DNA from: Eledone cirrhosa
Lineage: Eukaryota
Length of the DNA stretch: 64,000 bases
Direction: 5' to 3'
Assembly: GCA_964016885.1 (NCBI GenBank)
Contig: OZ024741.1
Coordinates: 341,806,001-341,870,000, forward strand
Shown: one piece after another, positions 14,051-26,789 of the stretch
Numbering within the stretch: position 1 is the first letter of the stretch
How the letters are laid out: the number at the start of each line of letters is the position of its first letter
The notes under the pieces: generated by a model
Seen by the model: the letters and a program-made list of their open reading frames with translations, nothing else
Databases searched by the model: none
What the model was told of the DNA's origin: nothing
Translations under genes and position numbers: made by a program

Positions 14051-14462
14051 TAATGGACATTTCATTTCTTTTGTTGTTTTCTATACAATTCATATCTATC
14101 ATGTGTCTTTAATTAGTACAACATCTATTTCAGTAGTCATACACATTGTGTATAAGTGAGTGTGTGAGTACATATCAGTATGTGAGTGTGTATAGATTTT
14201 AATGGACACATACATATGTATCTATATAACATATATGTAAGCCTGTGATATATATGTGTGTGTATGTGTGTGTGCGTGTGTATACATCTCTCTCTCTCTT
14301 TCTTTCTCTCTCTCTCTATATATATATAGATATATACATCTATAAATATATATATATATTTCATCATCATCATCATCATTTAATGTCCCTGTTCCCAGTT
14401 ATGTATATGTGTGTGTATATATGTGATGATTATAAATACATATATATACATTATATGTGATG

Positions 14463-14499
<37 letters not shown>

Positions 14500-14629
14500 T
14501 ATATAAATAGATATATTCATGATAAAAACACACAATGTATGTATGTAGGAGTGTAGATATTCTGACAGACAAATAGAAATATATATATTGATTGATGGGT
14601 GGTTTGATGAATATATAGATATATAGATA

Positions 14630-14672
<43 letters not shown>

Positions 14673-14767
14673 AGAGAGAGAGAGAGAGAGATTGATTGAT
14701 TGGTGGGTTGATGGGTGGGTTGATGAATATATAGATATATAGATAGACATATATAGATATATATATA

Positions 14768-14798
<31 letters not shown>

Positions 14799-14849
14799 AG
14801 AGATTGATTGATTGGTGGGTTGATGGGTGGGTTGATGAATATATAGATA

Positions 14850-14885
<36 letters not shown>

Positions 14886-14989
14886 AAGTTAATATTCCCA
14901 CAGGTACTAAGTACCCCTGGAAATATATAGGGTGTCTATGGTTCAGTGGTTGTTCCTTGGTATTAATTTGACATACCAGAACTATAATG

Positions 14990-15438
14990 TTGAGATAAGC
15001 GGAGCAAGCAAGATTCAAACAATTTTTTAAAATAAATTAAAAAATATAATTTTTCCCACCCTTGCAAGCAGGGAAAAGCGGACGTAAAATGAAATGATGA
15101 ATTTAAATATTTACCTATTCCAATTGCTTTTACCGACGGTTTCACTTCACAAAAGATTGGAGATCCCTAGGGAACTCCAATGGAAAAGTTTAGATCATCA
15201 GAGAGCATTTTCCTTTCCTAGGACAAAAAGTCCCAGGAACGGCAAAATATATTGCCATCTGCCAGCTAGCACAGGATCGAATGGGGCCGTATGGGCTGGT
15301 TCATGCATAGGTCAAATTTTCGGCCCCATTCATCATTTCATTTTACGTCCGCTTTTCCCTGCTTGCAAGGGTGGGAAAAATTATATTTTTTAATTTATTT
15401 AAAAAAATTGTTTGAATCTTGCTTGTTGCGCTTATCTC

Positions 15439-15440
<2 letters not shown>
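14990..15440. repeat. Fold-back element with ~113-bp inverted arms, within a (TA)n-flanked insert (14882-15445)
   Basis: Arm 14990-15102 is the near-perfect reverse complement of 15328-15440. Confidence 0.92.
15126..15206 (-). ncRNA. Type I hammerhead ribozyme motif in the fold-back spacer
   Basis: Minus strand GCTCT-CTGATGA-[ATTGGAGTTCC/GGATCTCCAAT hairpin]-GAAA-CCGTCGG-TA-AAAGC. Confidence 0.7.
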
Positions 15441-15522
<82 letters not shown>

Positions 15523-15587
15523 ATTGATGGGTGGTTTGATGAATATATAGATATATAGATAGACATACATATATGTGTGTGTGTAGA

Positions 15588-15629
<42 letters not shown>

Positions 15630-16087
15630 TAATACATATTTGTATGTGTATAGGTAGATATACATAAAGAGAGAAGGTAATTATTGAAAGGTAATTGTTT
15701 AAAGGAGGGGAGGAGGAATTGCAGTATTGATTACTGGTTTCCATGGAAACATCTATTTTCAGCTATAGTAAGTTAGGTATATATTCCATGGTTGTCACCA
15801 TAACATCCATTCATCATAACAACAAAATGGATTGGCAGCAATTACAATTTCTAAGATGGTGGTCATTTCTAATGAAATACACAATTAATGAAGAATTTTG
15901 AAGAATGCACGAGAATTATTTGTTAATTCATTACTAAGATAGTAACTTAACATAGGGTTCTTATATCAAATTATATTGTAAGATTATAATTCAAATAGGA
16001 ACCCTTTAAAATTTGTGGTTTTGTTTCAAAGAACCAGAGCTGGTTTTGACCGGATTGGTATCGAAAACATTGAATTAATAACAATAA

Positions 16088-16706
16088 TAATAATTGTTTC
16101 TACTTTTGGCACAAGGCCAGCAATTAACCCAGTGTATTACTGGTACTTTATTTTATTGACCCTGTAAGGATGAAAGGCAAAGTTAACCTCGGTGGGATTT
16201 GAACTCAGACCATAAAGGGCCATAACTCTTTGCCGCAAAGCATGGTGTCCGATGCTCTACCGATTCTGCCAATCCAATAATAATAATGGTTTCTGATTTA
16301 GGCACAAGGCCAACAATTTTGGGGGGAGGAAGTCGATTAAATCGACCCCAGTGCATTACTGATGCTTTATTTTATCCACCTCGTAATGATAAAAGGCAAA
16401 GCTAACCTCAGCGGGATTTGAACTCAGAACGTAAAGGACCATAACTCTATGCTTCAAAGCAGGGTGTCCGACACTCTACTGATACTGCCAATCCACCATC
16501 ATTATTAGCCACACAATTGGTGGATTGGCAATATCGGTAGAGCGTCAGACACCATGCTTCGCAGTATAGTTGTGACCCTTTATGTTCCGAGTTCAAATCC
16601 CGCTGAGGTTAACTTTTCCTTTCATCCTTACGGGGTCGATAAATAAAGCACCAGTAATGGACTGGGGTAATTGCTGGCCTTGTGCCAAAAATAGAAACAA
16701 TTATTA
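16088..16706. mobile_element. Three SINE family A copies: two minus, then one plus (head-to-head)
   Basis: Minus copies ~16088-16278 and ~16280-16500, plus copy ~16518-16706; TSD-like ATTATTAGCC(A/T)CACA. Confidence 0.9.
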
Positions 16707-17329
16707 GCCTCACAGGGCTTACAAAAAGGGGACAGAGTGGATTTTTGTGTGAGAGAAAGATTTATAATGATGTCTAAAAAAAAATAAACATTTAAAAGAT
16801 CAAAACAACAAATTCCCCAAAAGTGGGGATACCTCCGAGGATCAAACATAGAGAAAGCCCACAAAAAACCATGGTAATCTTGACCACTAGGTTAAGTGTC
16901 TTCTTTTACATGTTTTCCTTCAATTTACAAGCGCATACTCAGAGCAAGCCCATGTTCATCTCTATGCCCGACCTTTCAACAAACTGGTTGAAAGGCAACA
17001 TTTCCCTCTCGCCGTGATTTTCTCTTCAGCTAAAACCTGAAAAAGTTAATTAAAACTTTAAGAGGAATGTGCTTGTCTTCAACCTTTTTAAATGCTTCCA
17101 CCACACAACCGCTTTCGTCATGGCACCAGGCAGATAAAAACTAGAGGAAGGCAGGGGAGTGATCTTCACAATGGACTCAGTTGATACTCACATCCTTCCC
17201 ACACGTGACAGCAGGTGTTCGATGTAAACCCACATGTCAGTAATACTCAAAAATTTGACAAATGCATGCAGGATGGTTTTGGCACTCTGCACAAATCTCA
17301 AATAGGTCCAGCTGTCAGCACTTCCATGT

Positions 17330-17500
17330 GAAAAAACAGGGATTGCAATACAGATGGAACACTTACAAAAAACAGCATTGCTTGGAACAGCTCGAATACT
17401 CCAGAGTGTATTAAAGAAAGGGATGTTAGGTTGGTTCACTGGTGGTGAACAGCTAACCTCCATCTGGTGGTAGTAGCAATAATAATGAAAATAATGATAA
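17330..17500 (+). mobile_element. 3' fragment of an RLE-type (R4/Dong-like) non-LTR retrotransposon
   Basis: Translation EHLQKTALLGTARILQSVL resembles the QK.ALLGTARILRKVL terminal motif; followed by a TAA-rich tail. Confidence 0.65.
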
Positions 17501-17629
17501 TGGTGATGATGATGATGGCGGCAGCTTTGTTAAGTACAAGAGCAAGCATTATTTTAAATGGACATATATAGTCAATAGAGTTTAACAGATGTTAAACAAT
17601 GATGATGATGATGACGACAATGGACACAC

Positions 17630-17768
17630 ACACATATATACATATACATATATATATATGTATATCTATATATATATGAATGTATATGTGCGTATATATA
17701 TATATATATATATGTGTGTATGGGTGTGTATGGGTGTGTATGTATGTATATATATATATGTGTATATG

Positions 17769-17837
<69 letters not shown>

Positions 17838-18174
17838 ATATGTATATGTGTATATATGTATATGTATGTATGGATGTATGGATGTATGTTTATATATGTT
17901 CGTTTAACGTCCGTGTTCCACGCTTGTATATGTGTGTATATATGTATGTATATATATATATATATGTGTATATATGGGTATGTATATGTATATATGTATA
18001 TATGGGTATATGTGTGTGTATGTATGTATGTGTGTATATATGTATGTATATGTATATATGTATATATGGGTATATGTGTGTGTATGTATGTATATGTTTA
18101 TGTATGTGTGTGTGTATGTGTTTCGACACACGATTTCAAATAAAAAACCTTGCAAAACAAATTCATCGCCGTCA

Positions 18175-18230
<56 letters not shown>

Positions 18231-18567
18231 ATATATATGTATATATGTGTATATATATATATGTGTAATTGTGTGTATATATATGTGTGTGTATATATAT
18301 ATATGTATATATGTATATGTCTGTATGTGTGTGTATATATATATATATGTGTATATGTGTGTATGTGTGTATATATGTGTATGTACATGTATGAAAATGT
18401 GTGTGTGTGTATATACACACACACACAGATATATATATTTGTTTGTATATGTATGTGTATATATGCATGTGTGTGTATATATATATAGAGAGAGAGAGAT
18501 ATAGATAGATATATGTAACCCATGCTAGCATGGAAGAACGGACGTAAAACGATGATGATGATGATGA

Positions 18568-18619
<52 letters not shown>

Positions 18620-18685
18620 CTGTGTATATATGTATATATGTATGAGTGTATGTATGTGTGTGTGTATATATATATATATATATAA
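17630..18685. repeat. (TA)/(TG) compound microsatellite with embedded RTE-tail stubs
   Basis: Direct reading; stubs at ~17900-17925 (-) and ~18517-18570 (+). Confidence 0.93.
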
Positions 18686-18743
18686 TTATAATTATTATAA
18701 AATAACAGGAGGCTGGACTGGTGTAATTCCTGAAAGGCTTATT

Positions 18744-18801
18744 ATACTATGATCATTTCAATGACCAGGCTCAGTATGAATCCGGTGACATCATCAGGTA
18801 T
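18744..18801 (-). ncRNA. Type I hammerhead ribozyme (left arm)
   Basis: Minus strand ATAC-CTGATGA-stem II-GAAA-TGATCA-TA-GTAT. Confidence 0.75.
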
Positions 18802-18916
18802 TCGAAATATAACAAAGGCCGAGCAGGGTAGAAGCTGCTAAATGTTCGGTCGCTTTCATGTCTCTGATTTTCAGCCCCATGGATTTTGTCTATTATATTC
18901 CATTGTTATATTTCGA

Positions 18917-18974
18917 ATACCTGATGATGTCACCGGGTTCATACTGAACCCGGCCATTGAAATGATCATAGTAT
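18917..18974 (+). ncRNA. Type I hammerhead ribozyme (right arm)
   Basis: ATAC-CTGATGA-[CCGGGTTCA/TGAACCCGG perfect hairpin]-GAAA-TGATCA (palindrome)-TA-GTAT. Confidence 0.82.
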
Positions 18975-19179
18975 AATAACCCTTTAAGGAATTACACCAG
19001 TCCAGCCTCCTGTTATTTTATAATAATTAACTCTGTACTCGCACCACCAACTACACAAACGAAGACAGGTGAGTTGCATTACGTCGAGTGCTCTCCATAA
19101 TATTATATCTAGGTTGACCATGCGGAATGACCAGTTCTATCCAGTGGTGAACCAACAAACCTAAATAAATATATATATA

Positions 19180-19640
19180 TGTAGCGAAATCTGTCCACGC
19201 CTTGAACCTTGGGTGACACCTAAAGGTCAAACTCTAGGTCACCATTCTTTTGGTGTGAACAGGTTCATGCGTGGGCAATCCCTCGAGGTGGGAGACAGAA
19301 AGTGACAGGTATATAAAGCCTGTATATTCCCTGGTTTTACACAGGGAGATCGGAGCAGTACGCTATTACAAACTATGTGAAAGATTCACCGCTACCTTCA
19401 GGCCGCAGAGGTCTACAGACCATTACTCTCTCTCTCTCTCCTGGTTGCAGACTACACCAGCCTCATGAACCAACAACAAAATAACATTGTCAACCTTCTT
19501 AACTCGTGGTAACTTGTTTATTGTTTTTTTTTACTGAAGTGAAGTAAACCTTTATATATAAAGTAAATCAGCTATTCTTGTTATTACATCTAACAAACAT
19601 GTTATAATCATTCTAACAATTTCTTACTAACACTACTTCA
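19180..19640 (+). mobile_element. Probable solo LTR
   Basis: Starts TGTAGCG after (TA)n, TATA box GTATATAAAG at ~19309, AGTAAA signals, ends CACTACTTCA; ~460 bp. Confidence 0.45.
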
Positions 19641-19958
19641 TTAAATATATATAAGTATAAGAGTGTGTGTTTTTGCGAGTGTGTGGGAGTGGGGGCTTTA
19701 TATGTGTGCATCTGTGAATGTGCTTGTAGATACCTGACCAAAAACACTGTTAGCTTAAGTGAACGATAAAAATGAGGAGTGGCACCCCCAGAGAGAACTT
19801 GTCTATAGAATTCTTTCTGCCTTGTTATTCTAAATATAGTTTTTTAAGAATTCCCTTTTCTTTAAATCCATCAACCATTGACCTCCACCCATCCCAATTA
19901 CCACCCTCTCTTATCACCAGAAAAGATATAAATACCACCATATTACTTGGACAGCCAG

Positions 19959-20005
19959 CTTCCTGATGATTTCTTCCAAATAAAACAGTTCTAGTCTTGT
20001 AGAAG
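19959..20005 (+). ncRNA. Hammerhead motif, probably inactivated (GAAA changed to AAAA)
   Basis: CTTC-CTGATGA-short stem II-AAAA-CAG...TTG-TA-GAAG. Confidence 0.55.
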
Positions 20006-20019
20006 ACTTTCTATATTAA

Positions 20020-20050
<31 letters not shown>

Positions 20051-20394
20051 TATATAGATATACATACACATATATATATACATACACATATACATATTGA
20101 TGTACATACACATATATATGTACATATACATACACATATACATATACATATAGATGTACATTCACTTATATATGTACATATACATACACATATACATATA
20201 GATGTACATATACATATATATATACATATACATATAGATACACATACACATATATATATAGATACACATACATATATATATACACATACACATATATATA
20301 TAGATACACATACACATATATATAGATATACATACACATATATATAGATATACATACACATATATATAGATATACATACACATATATATACATA

Positions 20395-20432
<38 letters not shown>

Positions 20433-22368
20433 ACGTTTAACGTCCGTGTTCCACGCTTGCATGGGTTTGGACGGGGGTATTCCCACTTGAGGCAAGAGTG
20501 ATTGTCTTGCTCGGATAGGACTGTCTGGCAGGTTTTCTACAGTTGGATGCCCTTCCTAACACCAACCACATTTACAGTGTGGGACTGGGAGGTTTTTACC
20601 GTGTTGCCTACACGGCCACATTACAGCGTGGACTGTGTGTTTTTTTGTCGTGACACCTACACGATCTCATTTGTTTCGGCCTGGATGTTGTGACACCAAC
20701 ATAACTTTACATAGGAGGGGGTGGTGTGGATGGGGGTGGTGGGACAGGGGTGTATTTTGTTAGAGATGCCTACTGGCTGTAGTAGGTTTTACTATGTATT
20801 TAGGTAAGGCGGGTCTTCTCTATTACTGAGTACCGCCAAAGGTCTCGGTCCAGTGACATTGTCTTGGAGAGGTGTAAGTGTGTGAGGTCGGAGTTTATCA
20901 GCTCGTCCCAGGATTTTCTAGGTCTGCCTATTCCGTGGCTACCGTCTATCTTTATTGCCCTGCACTTTGTTATACAGCTATCGACTTTCATGCGCATCAC
21001 GTGTCCGTATCAACGTAGCCTTCTCTCGAGTAAACAACATCTGATCCCTCTTATTTCTAATTTTTTCCTTAGTTTGTTTATGCTTTGCCGTTCACGTATA
21101 TTACTATTACACATCCAGCGGAGCATGCAAGCTTCGTTCCTCTCTAGTCTGCGTATATCCTCTGCGCACAATGCCCAGGTCTCACTGCCATGCAACATTG
21201 CTGTTCGTATGCAGGCATCATACAACCTGCCTTTCATTTTTAGGGAGAACCCTTTAGCGGCTAATAGTGGTATAAGCTCTTTGAACTTTTTCCATCCAGT
21301 TCTGACTCTAGCTACTTTCGGAGCACCCTCCCCCACTGCTGATTTTGTCACCCAGGTAACGGAAGCTGTCCACTATTTCTATAGAGCCCTTTGCGCAATT
21401 GAAAGAGTTAATATTTTGTGGGCACTCGCTGCTACTTATTGCACCAGAGCACCGCCCACATGTAAAATCTAAGTTCTTAGTTAGCTTACCTGTGATCCCA
21501 CTACATCTTTTATGCACCCATACTTTGCATTTGGGACATAAAATGGAGTTTCTACCTACGCCTTTCCTACACACTGAGCATGGCCATTTCCCAGAAGGGA
21601 CCGCCGCCTTATTTTCTTTCCTACAAACTAGAACTTTAGTCTTAGGCAGGTTAATTTTAAGGCCTTTTGATTCTAGGCCGTGCTTCCATGTTTGGAATTT
21701 CTTCTCTAGCTCGGCCATTGATTCAGCTGTGAGTGTCAGGTCGTCTGCGTATAGGAGTTCCCATGGGCAGCCGGTCTTGAACTCCTCTGTTATAGCCTGA
21801 AGGGCAATAATAAATAGTAGGGGGCTGAGAACAGAGCCCTGATGGACGCCAACTTTTACGCTAAACTCTTCACTATATTCGTTGTTAATTCTAACCTTGC
21901 TGACTGTTTCTTTATACATGGCTTGTATAGCTCTCACAAGCCATTTGTCGACACCTAGTTTTCTAAGGGCCCACCAGATAATGGAACGGGGGACTCTGTC
22001 GAAGGCTTTCTCCAAGTCGACAAAAGCTAAGTAGAGGGGTTTACCTTTAGCTAGGTACTTCTCCTGTAGTTGACGTACAATGAAAAGAGCGTCTGTGGTA
22101 CTTTTGCCTGACACAAACCCGAACTGCATTTCATCTAGATCAATTCTCTCTCTGATTAGTTGCGCTATTACTTTTTCCGTGACCTTCATGACCTGGTCGA
22201 TTAGTTTAATGCCTCTATAGTTACTCCTATCTAGGGCATCTCCTTTACCCTTATAACAGTTAAGGATGATGCTGCTATGCCAGTCCTTCGGAACAACCCC
22301 ATTCTGTACGACTTGGTTAACTATCCGGGTGACCAAGGTGTGTCCCACCGATCCAGAAGCTTTCAGCC
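20395..22368 (-). mobile_element. 5'-truncated RTE-clade LINE
   Basis: RT ORF, C-terminal ORF pieces (21010..21351, 20800..21000), 3' UTR and (GAT)n tail. Confidence 0.95.
20800..22348 (-). pseudogene. RTE reverse transcriptase with Cys/His finger, disrupted
   Basis: NYRGIKL, QFGF, AFVDLEKAFDRV, GVHQGSVLSP, LLYADD, FRYLG; frameshift near 21320 and W-to-stop near 21010; C-terminal GRPRKSW. Confidence 0.93.
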
Positions 22369-22734
22369 ATGATAATGTGGTCTATTTTACAGGGGACCAC
22401 TGAGTGTTTTATGGCAAGATCCTCAGTTTTGGACAGCACCAAGATGGTGCCAAACTATCTGGGCCTTGCTATGTACTCAATGTCTTCTTTGATGTATTTC
22501 AGTGCTACCTTTACTTGAGATTGGGGGGTGGGGCGCAGTTCTGCTTTACATGTTTGCAATGAAATGCATCTATAAATCAATGTCCTTCTTTGTGTTATCA
22601 TTACTTCAGCTGGGACGGTTAGGTTGGTCAAGGTTTTTTCTCTCTTAATGAATTTCCATGCCAGGGCCAAACATTCTTTCTTCTTTGAAATATCAACTTA
22701 AAAGAATTATCTCGATTTTGCAGCTATAGCTGTG

Positions 22735-23000
22735 AATGTGCTGTTGTTGTTGTTCATTCTGCTGTCATTGTTGTTGCTGCTTGTGGTGTCGTTTGTCTTG
22801 CCACCATCATTCTTCCTCTCATTGTTGGTGTTGTTGTCATTGTTCCTGGTGTTGATGTTGCAGGTGTCATTGTTGCAGTTGTTGTCGTTATTGCCATTGT
22901 TGCTTTCATTTGTTTTGCTTTTGTTGTTGGAGCTGCTGTTGTTGTTGTTGTTGTTAGCAATGCTGCCTGTAATGGGGGTAGTGGTAATGGTGATTGGGAG
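22735..23000. repeat. (GTT)n-rich low-complexity tract
   Basis: Direct reading. Confidence 0.85.
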
Positions 23001-24246
23001 GGTGTGTCATTCTTCCCAACGTTTGAGCCGCTGGATAGGTGGCTCAATATGAGGGGGTGTATTCCGTCCATATTTTTTTTTTACGTAAAAAAGAATTTCA
23101 AAAAATAAAGTCTTTGGGCATTTTTGTCCATCTTAATTTTTACAGAAAATTTAGGGGTGTTTGAAAAACAAACGTAGGTTTAACCCCTAAGGGCTTCAGG
23201 TAGAGGTAAACTACCCAGCTCATTAAAATACTGGCTCACTTAACTTCAAAACTATAAAAAATTTCAATGCAAAAGGTTGAATAACTGGGAAAATAGAATA
23301 AACTTACACGAGCGATGTAAACCATGTCTTGAAAGACTGAACAACAAAAATAATAACAATAATAATAATAATAAAAAAGCAGCAATAACAATAGTAAATT
23401 ATAAAAAAAACCCTGACCAAAACTAAAAATCAATAGACTGCTTCTGTAGCAAAACTGCTGAATTAAATTCTAAAACAACTGTTACTCATTCCTAGACGGC
23501 GTTTCAATAGTGTATCTGTGTATGTGTATGTGTGTGTGTATGTATATATGTGTGTGTATATATATATATATATATAAAATATATATATATATATGTGTAT
23601 ATATATTATGTTTAAGATGGAAATTATACTAGTAATAAAATATATAAGCCTGTTGATTTAGTTGTTTTTGGTGGTGGGGTGAAGACGGTGAAGTGAGGTG
23701 TGGTGATGGTGGAAGGTGGAGTGTTGGTGGCGGTGGGTTCTTGATTGATGTTGATGTTATTTTTGATAATGTTGATGCAGTTATTCTTGATGTTGTTGAT
23801 GCTGATTATGTTGCTGATGTTGATGTTTTCATTGTTGATAGTTATGTTGATGTTCATGATGATATTGTTGTTGTTGTTTTATATCTTTTATTGAGGTGTG
23901 CGCTGGTGATAGGTGTGCATATATGTGTTTGTGTGTATATAGTGTCTGTGTATGTATATGTGTACAGTAGGTGTATGCTGTGTGTGACAGGAGTTGAGTG
24001 TATTTTTAATTAAATTAATATAAACTAGTAAAGTTAAGTTGATATGTTGCAGTTAGATTAACTAGGGTGACTGTTAAATGTCAGATATTAATTAAATTAG
24101 TATAAACTAGTCAAGTTAAGTTGATATATTGTTTATAGACTAATTACGGTGACTGTTAAACATCAGATATTAATTCACCATTTCATCTCTTGTGTTTTTT
24201 TTCCTACAACTTTAACACTTGATCTCCAGCACCACGTTACAGTTCA

Positions 24247-24650
24247 TTAATAATTGTTTCTACTTTTGGCACAAGGCCAGCAAATTACCCAGTACATTAC
24301 TGGTACTTTATTTTATCGACCCTGTAAGGATGAAAGGCAAAGTTAACCTCGGCGGGATTTGAACTCAGACCATAGAGGGCCGTAACTCTTTGCTGTAAAG
24401 CATGGCGTCCGATCCTCTACCGATACTGGCAATTCATTAATAATGCATTCTAAAGGGCGGTGGATTGGCAGTATCGGTAGAGGGTCTGACACCATGCTTT
24501 GCAGCAAAGAGTTACGGCCCTTTATAGTCTGAGTTCAAATCCCGCTGAGGTTAACTTTGCCTTTCATCCTTACGGGGTCGATAAAATAAAGCACCAGTAA
24601 TACACTGAGATAATTGCTGGCCTTGTGCCAAATGTAGAAACAATTAATAA
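24247..24650. mobile_element. Head-to-head inverted pair of SINE family A copies
   Basis: Minus copy with TSD TTCATTAATAAT (24243/24433); plus copy with TSD TTAATAATGCATTCT (24437/24644). Confidence 0.93.
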
Positions 24651-24819
24651 TGCATTCTTGAAAAGAACAAACAGCACTAAGGCTACATTACATTAAAAAT
24701 TGTATTTACAATATACACTTGTATATAAGCTGATCTTAATATAAGCTGATTTTATATCTGAAAAATGTGCAAAAATCTCAACCCTTTGTTTAGATGATGC
24801 AGCTTTGTAAATTCCCATG

Positions 24820-25040
24820 AGTGGATTGACAGAATTGGTAGAGCGTCAGATAAAATGCCATTCTCATTTTTGTTCTGGATCTTAACATTCTCAGTTCAAA
24901 TCCTGCTAGAGTCAACTTTGCTTTTCATCTTTCCAGGGTCGATAAAATTAAAAAAAAAACAGTCAAGTACTGGAGCTGGTTTAATCAACTTCGCCCTTCC
25001 CCAAATTTTCTGGCCTTGTACCTAAATTAGAAATCAATAA
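24820..25040 (+). mobile_element. Older SINE family A copy
   Basis: Diverged A/B boxes and GGGTCGATAAAA core. Confidence 0.75.
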
Positions 25041-25802
25041 GCTCGGCTGGTCACATTTGGGGATCCAGCTGGATCAGTTGGAGACAGTTGTTTCTGACAG
25101 GACCTGCTGGAAGGAGTGTTTGAGGACTCTGCCCCCATGACCCTCTCAGGAATAAGTGGGTGAAGAAAAAGAAGAAGAATATTTTGATATCGAAAATTTT
25201 AAAGTAAAATTTAGAATATAGTTTTTGTTTGACAATTCCATTTTATAAGGAATATTTTACCGTTGCATCTGTTTTTTAAAGTTTCAAAAGGTTTTTAGAA
25301 TTTTGTTTATTTCCAGCCTCTCACATGCTGGAAGGAATGAAAACAGAAATATCTCTAAAAATGCTCTTAAAATGTAGTAAAACAGTGTATCATTGTGCGT
25401 TTTTACATCGATGTAGAACCTGGTAAAAATTGGTAAAATATTGACCTCAAATGTAAGTCAACTCCCCCTTTTATCATCAATTTTTTCAATGTCATATGTT
25501 TCTAGACTTATATACATATGTATGTACATTAGTTTAGTTTACTGCAAATCTTCACAACAATCTGTCCACTAGCAAAGATACTACAAACATTTGAATTAAC
25601 AAAGCACAAGAAAGTGTGTTGGCAAGACATTCCTGAAAAGTACAAAACAGCACTATGGCAGCATCACATTAAAAATTGAAGTCTTTACTTTAGTTTACTG
25701 CAAATTAGATATTGTAAGCATTTGAATTAACAAACACCACAAAACTACATTAGCAAAACATTTTTGAAGAGTACAAAACACCATATAATTGCATCAAATT
25801 AA

Positions 25803-26245
25803 CCCTTTAGCATTTAAATTGGCTATATGTGACCAGAATTATCTCACCTCTATCTGTTCAAACTGGCTATAACTGGCCACTCATACTGATGTTAAGGTAT
25901 TATTCTCAAAATAAAGAACATCAAAATCTCATAAATTCAATATTATGTGAGATAATTATGTCAGGTAGAGCCTTTACTACAAAAATAATATAGTATATAT
26001 AGAGTAGTGTAAATGCTAAAGGGTTAACCCTTTAATGTTCAAACCGGCCAAAACCGGCCAGAATTCTCTACCTCTTTCTGTTGAAACTGGCTGTAACTGG
26101 CCTCTCAAACTGATGTTAAGGTATTGTTCTCAAAATAAATACTTTCAAAATCTCAGATTCGATATTATGTGAGATAATTATGCGAGGTAAAGCCTTTACC
26201 ATGAAAATATAATAGTATATATAGAGTAATGTGAATGCTAAAGGG
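25803..26245. mobile_element. Two tandem TTAA-target MITEs (piggyBac-like)
   Basis: TTAA-CCCTTTAGCATT...AATGCTAAAGGG-TTAA twice, sharing TTAA at 26024-26027; partial third copy at ~59675-59856. Confidence 0.85.
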
Positions 26246-26789
26246 TTAAACCATTTCGTTGGTTGAATGGAATCTCCATTCAACCACTGGAACTGTTTAA
26301 GCCTGACTTTAGGATTGATATGTATTAAATAATATTTACATTTTACCTTTATTAAAGTATGAAGTGCAAAATTGAATAATGGTCTTAGTGGTCTTTGATT
26401 ATTAACAACATAACCAAATACATGTGTGTGTAGATATACTCATGTGTGTGTGTATATATATGCATATGTATGAATGCATGTGTGTGTTTGCATATGTGTG
26501 AGAACATGTGCAATAAATGTGCCTGTAGATGAGTGTGTACAGATGGACATATATATGCATTGCATACAGATATGTGCATGCATGTGTATGTACATGCAAG
26601 TGTATGCAAGTCTGTGTGCATGTGTGTGTAAATGTATATCTATGTGTATGCCCCCCACCTCCCACTCCCAGTCATATAGCTTTATCAGTTTTTAAAACCA
26701 ACTTATTTTCAAGTAGAACTTCCTTCCCAAAGATTATTTTCCTGTTATCAATGTTGGAAAGCTGTCAGTTATCACAGTAAATCCAGTAA

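Larger units (their letters stand above)
18689..19029. repeat. Fold-back element with ~127-bp inverted arms
   Basis: Arm 18689-18815 is the reverse complement of 18903-19029 with a few mismatches. Confidence 0.95.

Noticed and set aside
17017-17030. Minus-strand CTGAAGA-GAAA
   Set aside because: No stem II between the two core halves.
22370-22730. Minus-strand reading frame upstream of the RTE (possible ORF1/gag relic)
   Set aside because: It has an internal stop and no motif I can recognise; a database search is needed.
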